A DNA stretch of 64,000 nt from an uncultured Bacteroidales bacterium. Its GTDB lineage: Bacteria > Bacteroidota > Bacteroidia > Bacteroidales > UBA3663. Shown piece after piece: positions 1 to 9,611 of the stretch. Both the position numbers and the translations under genes were made by a program. Location of the stretch: assembly GCA_902770595.1 (NCBI GenBank), contig CACXTQ010000030.1, positions 7,105 through 71,104 of the forward strand, given 5' to 3'. Each line of letters opens with the position of its first letter. Within the stretch, counting starts at the first letter, position 1. The notes under the pieces were generated by a model, which was given only the letters and a program-made list of their open reading frames with translations, made no database searches and was not told where the DNA came from.

Positions 1-565
1 CGCCATACCATCCGTCGCCTCCATTGGCGCCATCAAACCACACTTCGAAGACATCCTCATAGTTGGTAAGCAGTTCGCGCAGCTGATTGCGGAAATAGGT
101 GACATATTCGGGCGTACCATATTTGGCGTGGTTTCTGTCCCAGGGCGAGAGGTAAAAGCCGAACTTCAATCCTTCTTCGCGGCAGGCTTCTGCCAATTCG
201 CGCACTACGTCGCCATGACCATCCTTCCACGGCGTATTCATCACCGAATAGTCGGTATAAGCCGAAGGCCACATGCAGAAGCCGCAATGGTGCTTGGCCG
301 TGAAGATGATGCCCTTCATACCCGCCTGTTTGCAGACGCGTGCCCACTGTCGGCAGTCGAGGTCCGAAGGATTGAAGAGTTGCAGGTCCTCGTTGCCAAA
401 GCCCCACTCCTGGTCTGTGTAGGTATTGAGCGAATAATGGATGAAGGCATACATTTCCATGTCATACCATTCCAACTGCTCGTTCGAAGGCAACGGGTTC
501 AATTGGGCCAACGACGCCATCGCGGACAGTGTCACTGTTACAAGGAATGCTAAAACTCTTTTCAT
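1..565 (-). CDS. alpha-L-fucosidase (GH29), N-terminal part; the gene continues beyond the left window edge
   Basis: Absent from the ORF track because it is open at the edge. My minus-strand translation from the ATG at 563-565 gives [21 protein letters not shown] (signal peptide), then [26 protein letters not shown]...[16 protein letters not shown]...[12 protein letters not shown]. This is the typical GH29 catalytic-domain N-terminus. Confidence 0.8.
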   Translation of the reverse strand, partial: MKRVLAFLVTVTLSAMASLAQLNPLPSNEQLEWYDMEMYAFIHYSLNTYTDQEWGFGNEDLQLFNPSDLDCRQWARVCKQAGMKGIIFTAKHHCGFCMWPSAYTDYSVMNTPWKDGHGDVVRELAEACREEGLKFGFYLSPWDRNHAKYGTPEYVTYFRNQLRELLTNYEDVFEVWFDGANGGDGWYG

Positions 566-578
566 ATTTTATTATTAT

Positions 579-2996
579 TTATTGTCCCAATCTGATGATG
601 CTACGATCCTCCTCCTGCTTCTTTTGTCCACCGAGTTGCTTGTAGGAATGGAAATTCCAGCTGATGCCGAGCCAAAAGATTCGGCTACGGTTACGACTGG
701 TATTGACAAGCGAGTAAACGGGATTGTCGGAGGAGATATCCCATCGTCTTGTATTGAACGCATCGGTGAGAAGCACCGACAGATTGATACCCTTCTTTGG
801 CAACTGTTGTCGGACGCCGATATTGCAGGAGTGATCGGTCTTGGTGGTGAATTGCGGGAAGTATTGTGGCGTGGTTAGGAAATATTGCAGCTGGATATTC
901 ATACCTTTCCTTGGTTTAATGTTCATAGATGTATTGCCGTTGGCCGACCAACCATGATTCCGTATTTTGGTGCCTTGCCAGTCAGCGTAGGATTTGGTGA
1001 AGAAAACATTTGTTCCCAAGTCGATACTAAGCCATCGCGATATGCTCCAAACGATGTTGTGTTCGATACCTGTCTTCAAATCATTCGAACCATTGACATA
1101 TGTCATGACAAGCGTTTCTACCTGAGCATTCTGAGTCGAGGTGATGTCGAGGTACGTTATTTGGTTGATGTAATCTTGTGCATAGTTGAAATAGGCATTG
1201 CCGTTCACCTTCAATGATTTGCCGTTGAATGAATAGCCAAGATCGAGCTTGTTTGTCTTCTCAGGTTTCAACCGCACGTTACCTGTTTCATAAGTCTGGT
1301 TGTCTATGAGGTTGATATAAGGATTCAGTTGTGGATAAGTGGGGCGCGATATTCTACGCGAAATTCCCAAAGACAGTCGCCACAATTCATTGACGTGATA
1401 GTCAAGCATCATGTTCGGTGCCACGAAATAGCAGTTGCTGGCTTCGTCAAGATGGTCTTTCTTCCCCTTCAGGGTCACACGACTGTATTCCATGCGAATA
1501 CCTGCTTTATACGATAGCTTGTCGGAAGGACGGGCAGAATACAGAACGTAGGCAGCTGGAATGTATTCGCGATGGCGCAGGTCGTTGCTCAATGGGACCG
1601 ACAATGTCCACGTGTCGTTGATGACATCGTGTTCAAACATTTTGTGGTCGATGTCGTTGATTCGGCAGGTCATTTTAACGCCTGTTTCCAGTTTTCCTTT
1701 TCCCCATGGCATCATGTAATCGAGCTGCAAGGCTAAAATGTGGGGATGACCACCCGACTCAGATCGTTGCACGGGTTGTAATTGGCTCGATGTTTCCATG
1801 AGTTCATAATAATAGGAAGGTCGGTGGCCATTGATGTCGGATAACGAGGCCATAAGGTTCAACTCCCTGCGTCCTGGTTCAAATTGATGTCGGTAGGTCA
1901 ACGAACCCTCTATCATTTCTCGATCGAATGAGATATCGGTCTGGCGAAACTTTTGGTTTCTACGGCCGTCATATGCATAGTGGTTCTGCATGGTTTGTAG
2001 GTTATTGACTCGAGGAAATCCCGCCTTTACATCAATCACAAACATATCCTTGCGACTCAGCTTGTATCCAACGTTTAATCCCAGGTTGTGGCTGGTAGTT
2101 TCCTTCTCGGCTTCGATATGTTGGTCGAGACTGCTGCCTGTCTTTATTATTTGGCGATGAAGGACACTTTCTATCCAATCGTTCTCACGTTTGCCATTGT
2201 AGTTCATTCGGATGCCCCAAATTCCGAAATAATAGATTATAGCAGCATTAGCGTTCACGAAATGATTCCATCCGAAGTTTATCGAGGCCATCGCTGTGAA
2301 GGCATCAGGCGTTTGTTGTTTCGATACGATACTGATGATACCTCCCGAACCTTCTGCGTCATATTTGGCTTCAGGACTGGAAATGATGTCGATATTTTGA
2401 ACGTTGGCTACCGGGATGCTGCCGAGACCATCGACTGTCGTTGGTACACCATCAATCAGTAAAAGCACATTGCTGTTGCCTTTGATTGTTACATGGCCGT
2501 TATTGTCAACGAAGACGGCCGAAGAACCTCTGAGCACTTCGAGTACAGAACCTGTTGCCGACGTCATCGTGGCTGCGGGATTGATTCGAGTTAGTTCGGT
2601 AGTCATTCGCTTGGTGGGCGCATCGCTTGCCACGACGATGCCTTCCAACTGTGTGGTCTTCTGTGGGAGAAGGATTTGACCCAGTTCAAGAACGCCTTTG
2701 TTCACATGAATATTCTTGAAGAACTCCTCATAGCCAATGGAAGTGACTCGCAAGCTGTAATCACCGGCAAACCGATCCTTCAGCATAAACGTACCCAACG
2801 TGTCGGTGAGTGTGCCTGTTACGATATTCCCATTTTTCAATATACATACCGAAGCAAACATGACAGGATTGCCACCAGAATCTGCTACCGTCCCCTTGAT
2901 GGTGCAAGTATTATTCTGGGCATAAACAACCATGTATGCCCAGGTCAGAATGAACGAAAGCAGATATTTACGTACTGATGGATTCATTTCATTCAC
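579..2996 (-). CDS. TonB-dependent receptor-like outer-membrane beta-barrel with an N-terminal carboxypeptidase-regulatory-like domain
   Basis: 805 aa. Signal peptide, then CTIKGTVADSGGNPVMFASV (CarbopepD_reg-like), a plug-like region (IDGVPT...), and a long beta-strand-rich C-terminus ending in an aromatic-rich barrel. Confidence 0.75.
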   Translation of the reverse strand: MNEMNPSVRKYLLSFILTWAYMVVYAQNNTCTIKGTVADSGGNPVMFASVCILKNGNIVTGTLTDTLGTFMLKDRFAGDYSLRVTSIGYEEFFKNIHVNKGVLELGQILLPQKTTQLEGIVVASDAPTKRMTTELTRINPAATMTSATGSVLEVLRGSSAVFVDNNGHVTIKGNSNVLLLIDGVPTTVDGLGSIPVANVQNIDIISSPEAKYDAEGSGGIISIVSKQQTPDAFTAMASINFGWNHFVNANAAIIYYFGIWGIRMNYNGKRENDWIESVLHRQIIKTGSSLDQHIEAEKETTSHNLGLNVGYKLSRKDMFVIDVKAGFPRVNNLQTMQNHYAYDGRRNQKFRQTDISFDREMIEGSLTYRHQFEPGRRELNLMASLSDINGHRPSYYYELMETSSQLQPVQRSESGGHPHILALQLDYMMPWGKGKLETGVKMTCRINDIDHKMFEHDVINDTWTLSVPLSNDLRHREYIPAAYVLYSARPSDKLSYKAGIRMEYSRVTLKGKKDHLDEASNCYFVAPNMMLDYHVNELWRLSLGISRRISRPTYPQLNPYINLIDNQTYETGNVRLKPEKTNKLDLGYSFNGKSLKVNGNAYFNYAQDYINQITYLDITSTQNAQVETLVMTYVNGSNDLKTGIEHNIVWSISRWLSIDLGTNVFFTKSYADWQGTKIRNHGWSANGNTSMNIKPRKGMNIQLQYFLTTPQYFPQFTTKTDHSCNIGVRQQLPKKGINLSVLLTDAFNTRRWDISSDNPVYSLVNTSRNRSRIFWLGISWNFHSYKQLGGQKKQEEDRSIIRLGQ

Positions 2997-3055
2997 GATG
3001 GATTCCAGACAAATAGCCCTTCTGATGCCGCTAACTTTGGATAGGGACTTAAATT

Positions 3056-4099
3056 CTACACTCTGGAAAGAAATGTCTTATAAGCCTGCCAGGCATCATG
3101 CAGGTCCGAGATGTCGAAAGCATCATCAAAGAACGACACTTGAAAAGCATCCTTGAAGGGTGCCCAGTTGCCGCAGATGATGCCGTCGTGGGCGATGATG
3201 GGCTGGAAGATGCCACTGTTGTTGTGGGCACGATGACGATGCTCTTGAGGAAGCACAATTTCGCGACTTTTGTAGCCGATGAGGTATTCGTCGTAAGGGG
3301 GAATCAGGAGGAACCTGCCACGTCGGAATCCGCGTGTTCGGCAATCATCGGTCACATAGAATTCGTACCCCTTATGTTTTTCCAGATGAATCGTGTCGCC
3401 CAGGAGCTCTATTCCCTTGCGACATTCCCCGATGTTCAATCCCGACCACCAGACGAAGTCTTCGAGCGAAGCCGGTTGTCGGCTTTGGAAATATTTTCGC
3501 GTAAGCAGCATCAACGTTTCATCTCGATCCATCTCGACGTGCTTCCCTACCTTGTTGGCTGTGAGCGCATAAGTGGCTTTCATGGGCAAAAGGTCGCCGC
3601 TGCACAACGCTCCCGTGATTTCGGCCATACGAATATGGTACGACAGCCGATGGTCGTCCATCGTGATGTCCTTTTCGGCAAGGGCTTGCACGAAATCCTC
3701 TTTGGTCACGCTGCGAAGGTCATTGGCTGTACGAAGCAGGATGTCGCGTACATCGTGCACTTCCTCGTCGGGAATGTATATGTTGTTGCTGTGCATCCAT
3801 CCTTTGATGACAGCCAATGCCCTGGGCGCACACAGGTCAACCAGTGGCCAATAGTCGTCGGCCGAAACCAGTTGCCAAGTGCCTCGCATCAGGTGCAGAC
3901 GGAGAATCTGCCCACAGTCGAAAGCTTTCTTGAAAGCCTTGGCCGAAGGCTTGCAGGTGCGCATACCCACGGCCCAGCGCATCATACGATACTCCTGGGC
4001 CTGCATGGCTCCCATATGACTGACTACGCTGGCAGGATCGTTGAACTGCGGGGCAGCGAGTTGCTGGTTGAGCAGTCGGATGGTCGAGATTGACGTCAT
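3056..4099 (-). CDS. winged-helix DNA-binding protein of the YcaQ/AlkZ-like (DNA glycosylase) family
   Basis: 347 aa. N-terminus IRLLNQQL...VVSHMGAMQAQEY is typical of the YcaQ family. The start abuts the stop of the upstream gene at 4100, indicating an operon. Confidence 0.55.
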   Translation of the reverse strand: MTSISTIRLLNQQLAAPQFNDPASVVSHMGAMQAQEYRMMRWAVGMRTCKPSAKAFKKAFDCGQILRLHLMRGTWQLVSADDYWPLVDLCAPRALAVIKGWMHSNNIYIPDEEVHDVRDILLRTANDLRSVTKEDFVQALAEKDITMDDHRLSYHIRMAEITGALCSGDLLPMKATYALTANKVGKHVEMDRDETLMLLTRKYFQSRQPASLEDFVWWSGLNIGECRKGIELLGDTIHLEKHKGYEFYVTDDCRTRGFRRGRFLLIPPYDEYLIGYKSREIVLPQEHRHRAHNNSGIFQPIIAHDGIICGNWAPFKDAFQVSFFDDAFDISDLHDAWQAYKTFLSRV

Positions 4100-5149
4100 T
4101 TATTCGTAATGCCTGATTCTTACATCGATGCCTTCAAGCTGAGCTGCAACTCCGCTCAGGTCGGTTTGTCCATAGTGATAAGGGAAGAGCACTTTGGGCA
4201 TAATCACCTTGGCGGCATTTATCAGCTGGTCGGGAGTCATCGTATAAGGCTGGTTGCAGGGCAGGAAGGCAATGTCGATGTCGTCAATCGATTCCATTTC
4301 GGGAATATCCTCGGTGTCGCCGGCAACATAGATGCGGATGCCATCAATGGTGAGGATGTAGCCGTTGTCGCGACCTTTCGGATGGAACTGGAGGTGTCCC
4401 TCGGTTGTGTTGTAGGCGGGAACGGCTTCCACGGTGAAGTCGTCGGCCAAGGTCAACTTGTCACCATTCACCATGACCTGACCTGCACCGAACATCTCTG
4501 CACAACGCGGGTTCATGATCAGTTTGGTGTTTTCGCTTGAAAGAAGTTTGAGGGTAGCTTCATCATAGTGGTCACCATGTTCGTGGGTCACGAAGATGAT
4601 GTCGGCCTTGGGCATCTGGGTGTAGTCAACGGTCCTGTCTCTCAGTTTACCGACGGGGTCGATTTCGATTTCCTTGCCATCGTATTCCAGACGAATGCTG
4701 GCGTGCATCAAGGCGTGGAACTTCAAGGTCTTTCCGCTCTTGGTCTTGAACACATCCAACTCGTAGGTCTGTGTGGTCACGGGCATAGAGGCTTCTTTCC
4801 AGGCGATGATGCCACCTTTGAGGTTGACGCACTTATAACCTTCGGCAGCAAGTTTGCCGGCAGCGTTGGCCGAACGACGACCGCTACGGCAATAGACGGC
4901 AATCTTCTTGTCGGTAGGGATGGCAGCCTTCACCATTTCGACAAAATTGCTCTCGTTCTGGTCGATGTTGAGGGCACCGGCAAGATGTCCTTCGGCAAAT
5001 TCGTCGGGAGTACGAACGTCAAGCAATACAACACCTGGCTCCTCAATCAATTCGGAGAAAGCCTTGACATCCACATTCTCGAAATTTTGTTGTCCACAGC
5101 CGGTGGTCAGGCCCAAAGCGGACAATAGGCAGGTAATAAACTTTTTCAT
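4100..5149 (-). CDS. lipoprotein with a rhodanese domain fused to an MBL-fold metallo-hydrolase
   Basis: Lipobox LGLTTGC. Rhodanese active-site loop VYCRSGRRS. MBL motif FVTHEHGDHYD. Confidence 0.7.
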   Translation of the reverse strand: MKKFITCLLSALGLTTGCGQQNFENVDVKAFSELIEEPGVVLLDVRTPDEFAEGHLAGALNIDQNESNFVEMVKAAIPTDKKIAVYCRSGRRSANAAGKLAAEGYKCVNLKGGIIAWKEASMPVTTQTYELDVFKTKSGKTLKFHALMHASIRLEYDGKEIEIDPVGKLRDRTVDYTQMPKADIIFVTHEHGDHYDEATLKLLSSENTKLIMNPRCAEMFGAGQVMVNGDKLTLADDFTVEAVPAYNTTEGHLQFHPKGRDNGYILTIDGIRIYVAGDTEDIPEMESIDDIDIAFLPCNQPYTMTPDQLINAAKVIMPKVLFPYHYGQTDLSGVAAQLEGIDVRIRHYE

Positions 5150-5204
5150 GATTATTTATAATTTTATTATTTATGGGAGTTAGCGGGAGTTAACTCCAAA
5201 ATTA

Positions 5205-5585
5205 TTATATCGTCTCGGCTATCACCTCAATCTCGACCAGCGCGCCCTTGGGCAAGGTCTTGACGGCTACGGCCGAACGTGCGGGATAAGGTGTATTGAA
5301 AAACTCGGAATACACGCTGTTCATCTCGGCGAAGTCGTTCATATCGGCCATGAATACGGTGGTCTTGATGACGTGGTCCATCGTCGTGCCAGCCTCGTTC
5401 AAAATTGCTTTCACGTTGAGCAGAGATTGGCGGGTCTGCTCCTTGATGCCTCCTTCCACAAAACTTCCCGTAGCTGGATCAATGGGGATTTGTCCGGAGG
5501 TGAAGATGATGTTTCCAACTCGAATAGCCTGGCTGTATGGGCCGATGGCTGCTGGTGCATTTGTTGTGCTGATAACGGTTTTCAT
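5205..5585 (-). CDS. ridA: RidA family reactive enamine/imine deaminase (YjgF/TdcF)
   Basis: 126 aa. [12 protein letters not shown]...GQIPIDP...[15 protein letters not shown] is a full-length RidA pattern. Confidence 0.85.
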   Translation of the reverse strand: MKTVISTTNAPAAIGPYSQAIRVGNIIFTSGQIPIDPATGSFVEGGIKEQTRQSLLNVKAILNEAGTTMDHVIKTTVFMADMNDFAEMNSVYSEFFNTPYPARSAVAVKTLPKGALVEIEVIAETI

Positions 5586-5661
5586 AGGGTTTTTGGGGGT
5601 TGGTGTTATTTTTTCGTTATTCCGGTATTCCGAAATACCGAAATGCCGGAAATACTCCGGA

Positions 5662-6180
5662 CTAAAGAATACACAATGCTATCGCCGCACACGCCTCCGC
5701 GTCGGCCAAGGCGTGGTGATGGTTGATCAGATCGTAACCACAAGCGGCTGCAACGGTTTGCAACTGGTGGTTGGGCAACGAGCGACCAAACCAGCGGCGG
5801 GAGGCGGTCAAAGTGTCGAAGAATCGATAGTCGGGATAGTCCATCTGATAGACCCGAAAGACAGCGCGAAGACAACCTGCATCGAAGCGGGCATTGTGTG
5901 CCACGAATGGCACCAAAGAGCTATCGGGAAAGATGGCCTCGATGTGCTTCTCAATCTCTTCCCAAACGTAGGGAAAGACGGGCGCATCGTTGGTATCTTT
6001 CGCCGAAAGTCCATGCACGCGTTGGCAGAAGTACTGGTAGTAATTAGGCTCGGGTTGGATGAGGCTGTAGAAGCTGTCGGCCATTTCCCCATCCTTCACG
6101 ATGACGATGCCTACCGAGCATACGCTGCATGGCTGTTCGTTGGCGGTCTCGAAGTCTATGGCAACGAAGTCTCTGAGCAT
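5662..6180 (-). CDS. DnaQ-like 3'-5' exonuclease (DEDDh family)
   Basis: 172 aa. Exo I motif [10 protein letters not shown]. Exo II/III motifs ([16 protein letters not shown]). Confidence 0.7.
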   Translation of the reverse strand: MLRDFVAIDFETANEQPCSVCSVGIVIVKDGEMADSFYSLIQPEPNYYQYFCQRVHGLSAKDTNDAPVFPYVWEEIEKHIEAIFPDSSLVPFVAHNARFDAGCLRAVFRVYQMDYPDYRFFDTLTASRRWFGRSLPNHQLQTVAAACGYDLINHHHALADAEACAAIALCIL

Positions 6181-6183
6181 CTT

Positions 6184-6762
6184 TTAGAGTTTGATTCCGA
6201 GCATCTGGAGGATGAGTATGGCATCCTCGTCCTCCTCGCTGGCTTCCTGGCGAAGTTCCTTGAGGATAGTCTTGCCGTCCTTCTCGTTCTTAACGGCACG
6301 TTTGAGCCATTCCTTGGCCTTGGCTTCGTCTTTTTCGACACCCTTGCCTTTCAGATAGCATTTACCGAGAGCCAACTGAGCATCTCCATTATCCTGCTTT
6401 GCGGCCTTGGTGAAGTACTCAACGGCTTTGAAGATGTCCTTGTCAACGCCCTCGCCGTTCTTATAGGATTTGCCCACCTGATACTGCGCCTTGGCATATC
6501 CTTGATCTGCCGATTTGAGGTACCATTCAAAAGCCAGGGTGTTGCTTTCTTCAACGCCGTTTCCCTTGTCGTAGCAGCGGCCCAAACGATACTGAGCCTT
6601 CTTGTGGCCCTTTTCGGCTGCGGCTTTCAGTTTGGGGAAAGCGGCTTCGTAGCGCTTGGCGTCATAAAGTTCCTTGCCATCGTTGTAAAGTTTCTCGGCT
6701 GATTGTGCGCTCGCTGTGATGCCAATAAGGCACATCAGCAAAAGTGTCATTAGTTTTTTCAT
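6184..6762 (-). CDS. Sel1-repeat (TPR-like) secreted protein
   Basis: Signal peptide followed by repeated A.Y.LG.CY..G.GV..D....A..W..KAA units. Confidence 0.8.
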   Translation of the reverse strand: MKKLMTLLLMCLIGITASAQSAEKLYNDGKELYDAKRYEAAFPKLKAAAEKGHKKAQYRLGRCYDKGNGVEESNTLAFEWYLKSADQGYAKAQYQVGKSYKNGEGVDKDIFKAVEYFTKAAKQDNGDAQLALGKCYLKGKGVEKDEAKAKEWLKRAVKNEKDGKTILKELRQEASEEDEDAILILQMLGIKL

Positions 6763-6790
6763 AATACAAAAAAATTAGAATATATTTATT

Positions 6791-7024
6791 GTGAAAATAG
6801 CGACGGCTCAGACATCAATAGTCGAGCCAGTTGCTGGAAAATTGTGACCTTCAATAGGTCACAGAAAATCGCACTTCGTGCGGAAAATAAACGGGTCAAA
6901 GCCTGGTCACTACATCGACCCTTTTTATTTTCTGCGTTAGCAATTTTCTGTCGCCATTAAGGCGACAATTTTCCGGATTGAGAGACGGGCTATTGAAGCC
7001 CAATGTCTCCAATCCATTTTCACC
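6791..7024 (+). repeat. MITE-like intergenic element, family 1, copy A (GTGAAAAT...ATTTTCAC termini)
   Basis: Begins with gtgaaaat and ends with ccattttcac. Collinear with copy C (21638-21939). Shares gaaaatcgcacttcgtgcggaaaataa, attttctg, attttccgga and ctattgaagcccaatgtctccaatcc. Contains at least 4 hairpins. Confidence 0.7.
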
Positions 7025-7043
7025 TTATCTCTCTTTCATCCCA

Positions 7044-8084
7044 TTATTGTTTTCCGTGCGCTGTGCTGGTAACGGCTTTAACGTTCGGAATATTATCGAG
7101 CGGCGAAGGGATGGAGCAGTCGGCGCTGACCATCAGGTGGCCACGAGGACCATCGGCGATGATCTGGCGAGTCATCTCGGCAATCACCTCAGGCGCAGCC
7201 TTGCCAATTTCGGCCTTGCGGTTGAATCCACCGACCACTGGGCGACCGAATAGCTTGTACGAATCGACAGTAGTGAGTGGCTTTCCATCGATGTTCAAAG
7301 GAAGGTTGACCATCTTGCCAGGATATTCCAAATAGCGTGTCAGGTCGTCCATCTCGCCTTCCCAATCGCAGATATGCAGGATGGTGAACTTTGTATCCTT
7401 GGCGGCCTCGTTCATTACGGTCAGGTCGTAGGGCTTGATATAGGTTTCGAAGAAACCGCCTGGAACGTTGAGTTCATAGAACTTCTTTTCGCCTCCTTGC
7501 GTAGCACAGAAGAAGGACTCCACACCCGCAGCCTTGCATTCACGGATGAACCAAAGGATGGCAGCGGTGTAGTTGTCGAGCATGCGCTTGTAGGCTTCCG
7601 GACGTTCTACGGCATATTTGCACACACCCTCGAAGCCAAATGCCTGGAGCGCCACTTGATGCGTGCTCAGAATAGTGGGCATCACATAAACTTCGTTGCC
7701 TTTCTTGGCCACTATTTCCTTGATGACATCCAACACGGGTTGATAATGGTCCTCGGGCACAAGCGGCGACTCCATCGTCAAGTCCTCAATGCGTGGCATC
7801 GGCTTTTCGGTCTGCACCTTCAAAATGTCGCATCCACCTTGTTCATACAGGCTCAGATGTGCCTCGACAGCCCCCTCTCCCAACTTCTGGTCTTTGCCGA
7901 AATGGCCCCAGAAGAGCACAGGAACATACGATGGATCGAGTGTCCCAGCCACAAACTGATCAATAATCTCCTTCTTGTTGGTCGGCACCTTGCCTCCCTC
8001 CTTCTTCGAGGAACAGGCACTCATAACCATCCCGAACGATAGCGCAGCGATAGCAATCGCCAACATTGATTTCATCAGTTTCAT
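7044..8084 (-). CDS. uroporphyrinogen-decarboxylase (URO-D/MtaA-like) family lipoprotein
   Basis: 346 aa. Lipobox MSAC. TIM-barrel-like pattern with ILHICDW resembles URO-D family members. Family assignment comes from memory of sequence patterns only. Confidence 0.5.
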   Translation of the reverse strand: MKLMKSMLAIAIAALSFGMVMSACSSKKEGGKVPTNKKEIIDQFVAGTLDPSYVPVLFWGHFGKDQKLGEGAVEAHLSLYEQGGCDILKVQTEKPMPRIEDLTMESPLVPEDHYQPVLDVIKEIVAKKGNEVYVMPTILSTHQVALQAFGFEGVCKYAVERPEAYKRMLDNYTAAILWFIRECKAAGVESFFCATQGGEKKFYELNVPGGFFETYIKPYDLTVMNEAAKDTKFTILHICDWEGEMDDLTRYLEYPGKMVNLPLNIDGKPLTTVDSYKLFGRPVVGGFNRKAEIGKAAPEVIAEMTRQIIADGPRGHLMVSADCSIPSPLDNIPNVKAVTSTAHGKQ

Positions 8085-8153
8085 AGTTTCAAAAATTTAA
8101 GATAAAAATATCGACAAGCTGGTCATCCACCTAAGCAGGGGGAATGAGAGGGT

Positions 8154-8933
8154 CTATCGAATGAAATTCATCCAATTCGTGGACTCGCGTTCCGGATAAT
8201 CGGAATCGCCAGTGTGGATCTTCTTCAATAGCCAGGCCATGTTGTTGGCGAGGGTGCGCATAGTCTGAATGCCCTCGGTATCGAGCGAAGCCTCACCCGG
8301 TGCAGCACCATAGACAATGTTCCAGTACTGAGAGGTGACCACAGGCATATTCATCATCTGGAATGGCATAGTCAACGTCTGGAAAGCAGCCGTGGCACCG
8401 CCGCGACGACAAACGCATACGGCAGCAGCCGGCTTGTTCTGCACCTTGCTGCCCGCAGCATAGAACATACGCTGCATCAGCGAAAGCAGACTACCATTGG
8501 GCTGTCCGTAATAGACGGGCGAACCGAATACCAATCCGTCGGCGGTGTCAAGTTTCTCGATAATCTTGTTGCAGACATCATCGTCGAAGATACATTTGCC
8601 CAAGGCGTTCATATGGCATTGGCCGCAAGCGATGCAGCCACGGATGGGCTTCACGCCAATATGTACAACCTCTGCATCGATGCCTTGTTGCTCCAAGGTC
8701 TTGGCCATTTCGGAAAGGGCCGTGAAGGTGTTGCCCGAACGACGTGGACTGCCGTTGATCAATAATACTTTCATTTTCTTATCAGTTTTATTTGGTTCGT
8801 TTACTAAGTTGCTTGCTTCATTCGCTAAATCACTCTCGTTCGTCTTTGCCACCAGCCTGCCCAAAGGACTTGCCATCAGCAGGCTTCCCATGGTGACCAA
8901 AGCCGATTTCTTGATAAAGTCTCTGCGGTCCAT
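8154..8933 (-). CDS. Tat-signal flavodoxin-like NADPH-dependent FMN reductase / iron-sulfur flavoprotein
   Basis: Twin-arginine motif MDRRDFIKKSAL. After a linker, MKVLLINGSPRRSGNT (FMN reductase P-loop-like motif). Cys cluster CIACGQCH. Confidence 0.65.
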   Translation of the reverse strand: MDRRDFIKKSALVTMGSLLMASPLGRLVAKTNESDLANEASNLVNEPNKTDKKMKVLLINGSPRRSGNTFTALSEMAKTLEQQGIDAEVVHIGVKPIRGCIACGQCHMNALGKCIFDDDVCNKIIEKLDTADGLVFGSPVYYGQPNGSLLSLMQRMFYAAGSKVQNKPAAAVCVCRRGGATAAFQTLTMPFQMMNMPVVTSQYWNIVYGAAPGEASLDTEGIQTMRTLANNMAWLLKKIHTGDSDYPERESTNWMNFIR

Positions 8934-8944
8934 ATTTATAAAAA

Positions 8945-8986
8945 GATATTAAGGGATTTTTGGGGATATTAAGGGATTTTTAGGGA
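8945..8986. repeat. tandem repeat of about 20-21 nt, 2 units (gatattaagggatttttRggg)
   Basis: Direct reading of 8945-8986, immediately upstream of the start codon at 8933. Confidence 0.8.
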
Positions 8987-9041
8987 CATTACCTTCGCCT
9001 GAATGTATTGGGAAGAGCAGATAATTGTTATTTGTTAATTG

Positions 9042-9434
9042 TTAATTGTTATTTGTCAACTGTTCTTCAAGGAACTCGCAGGCATCGGCCACGCAGTCGG
9101 GACAAGCGCGGAGCACGACCTTCGTTCCGATCCCCTTGAGCAGTTTGCATTGGGTGGCACAATTGCGCTCCTGAAACTTGTTCATAATCACACGCATTTG
9201 CTTCATCGACTTCGCCTTGTCCTTGTTAACAAGTCCAAGCACGATGCCGGCACCGACCAGTGCACCACAAGTCCCTTCCATATTTCCCATACCGCCACCA
9301 AACGCGTTCGCGACGTTCATGGCTGTCGCATCGTCGATGCCGGCAATATCGGCATAGGTCTGTACTACGGCCTGTGCGCAGTTATGACTGTTGCAGCGCT
9401 TCTTCTCCGCTGCTATCTCTTTCCTTGTTTCCAT
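9042..9434 (-). CDS. C_GCAxxG_C_C family redox protein
   Basis: CNSHNCAQAV..., GTCGALVGA (GCAxxG motif), C-terminal CPDCV. I chose the start at METRKE (9434). The track ORF extends to 9470 through repeat DNA. Confidence 0.7.
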   Translation of the reverse strand: METRKEIAAEKKRCNSHNCAQAVVQTYADIAGIDDATAMNVANAFGGGMGNMEGTCGALVGAGIVLGLVNKDKAKSMKQMRVIMNKFQERNCATQCKLLKGIGTKVVLRACPDCVADACEFLEEQLTNNN

Positions 9435-9482
9435 ATTTATTTTTAAACACGAATTATCGTGAATAATCATGAATTATATTTT

Positions 9483-9609
9483 TTATCACGAATTTGCGAA
9501 TTTAAGAATTATTTATTAACCGTGCCTGGATAGTTTTTCTGGGCTTTGCCCTTTTTTCTTCCTCAAAAGCTTTTTTTTCATTATTCTATAATTCTCTAAT
9601 TCGTGATAA
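9483..9609. repeat. MITE-like element, family 2 (TTATCACGAATT ... AATTCGTGATAA inverted termini)
   Basis: 12-nt perfect inverted repeat at 9483-9494 and 9598-9609. The internal sequence is related to 21599-21629 (atcacgaattTgagaattatagaatta). Confidence 0.6.
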
Positions 9610-9611
9610 AA

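Noticed and set aside
3098-4093. 331-aa plus-strand ORF
   Set aside because: It is antisense to the YcaQ-like gene, whose translation has family-typical motifs. The shadow frame has none.
5296-6702. 468-aa plus-strand ORF
   Set aside because: It runs antisense across three recognisable minus-strand genes (ridA, the DnaQ-like exonuclease, the Sel1 protein). The translation is low-complexity with no motif, which fits a shadow ORF.
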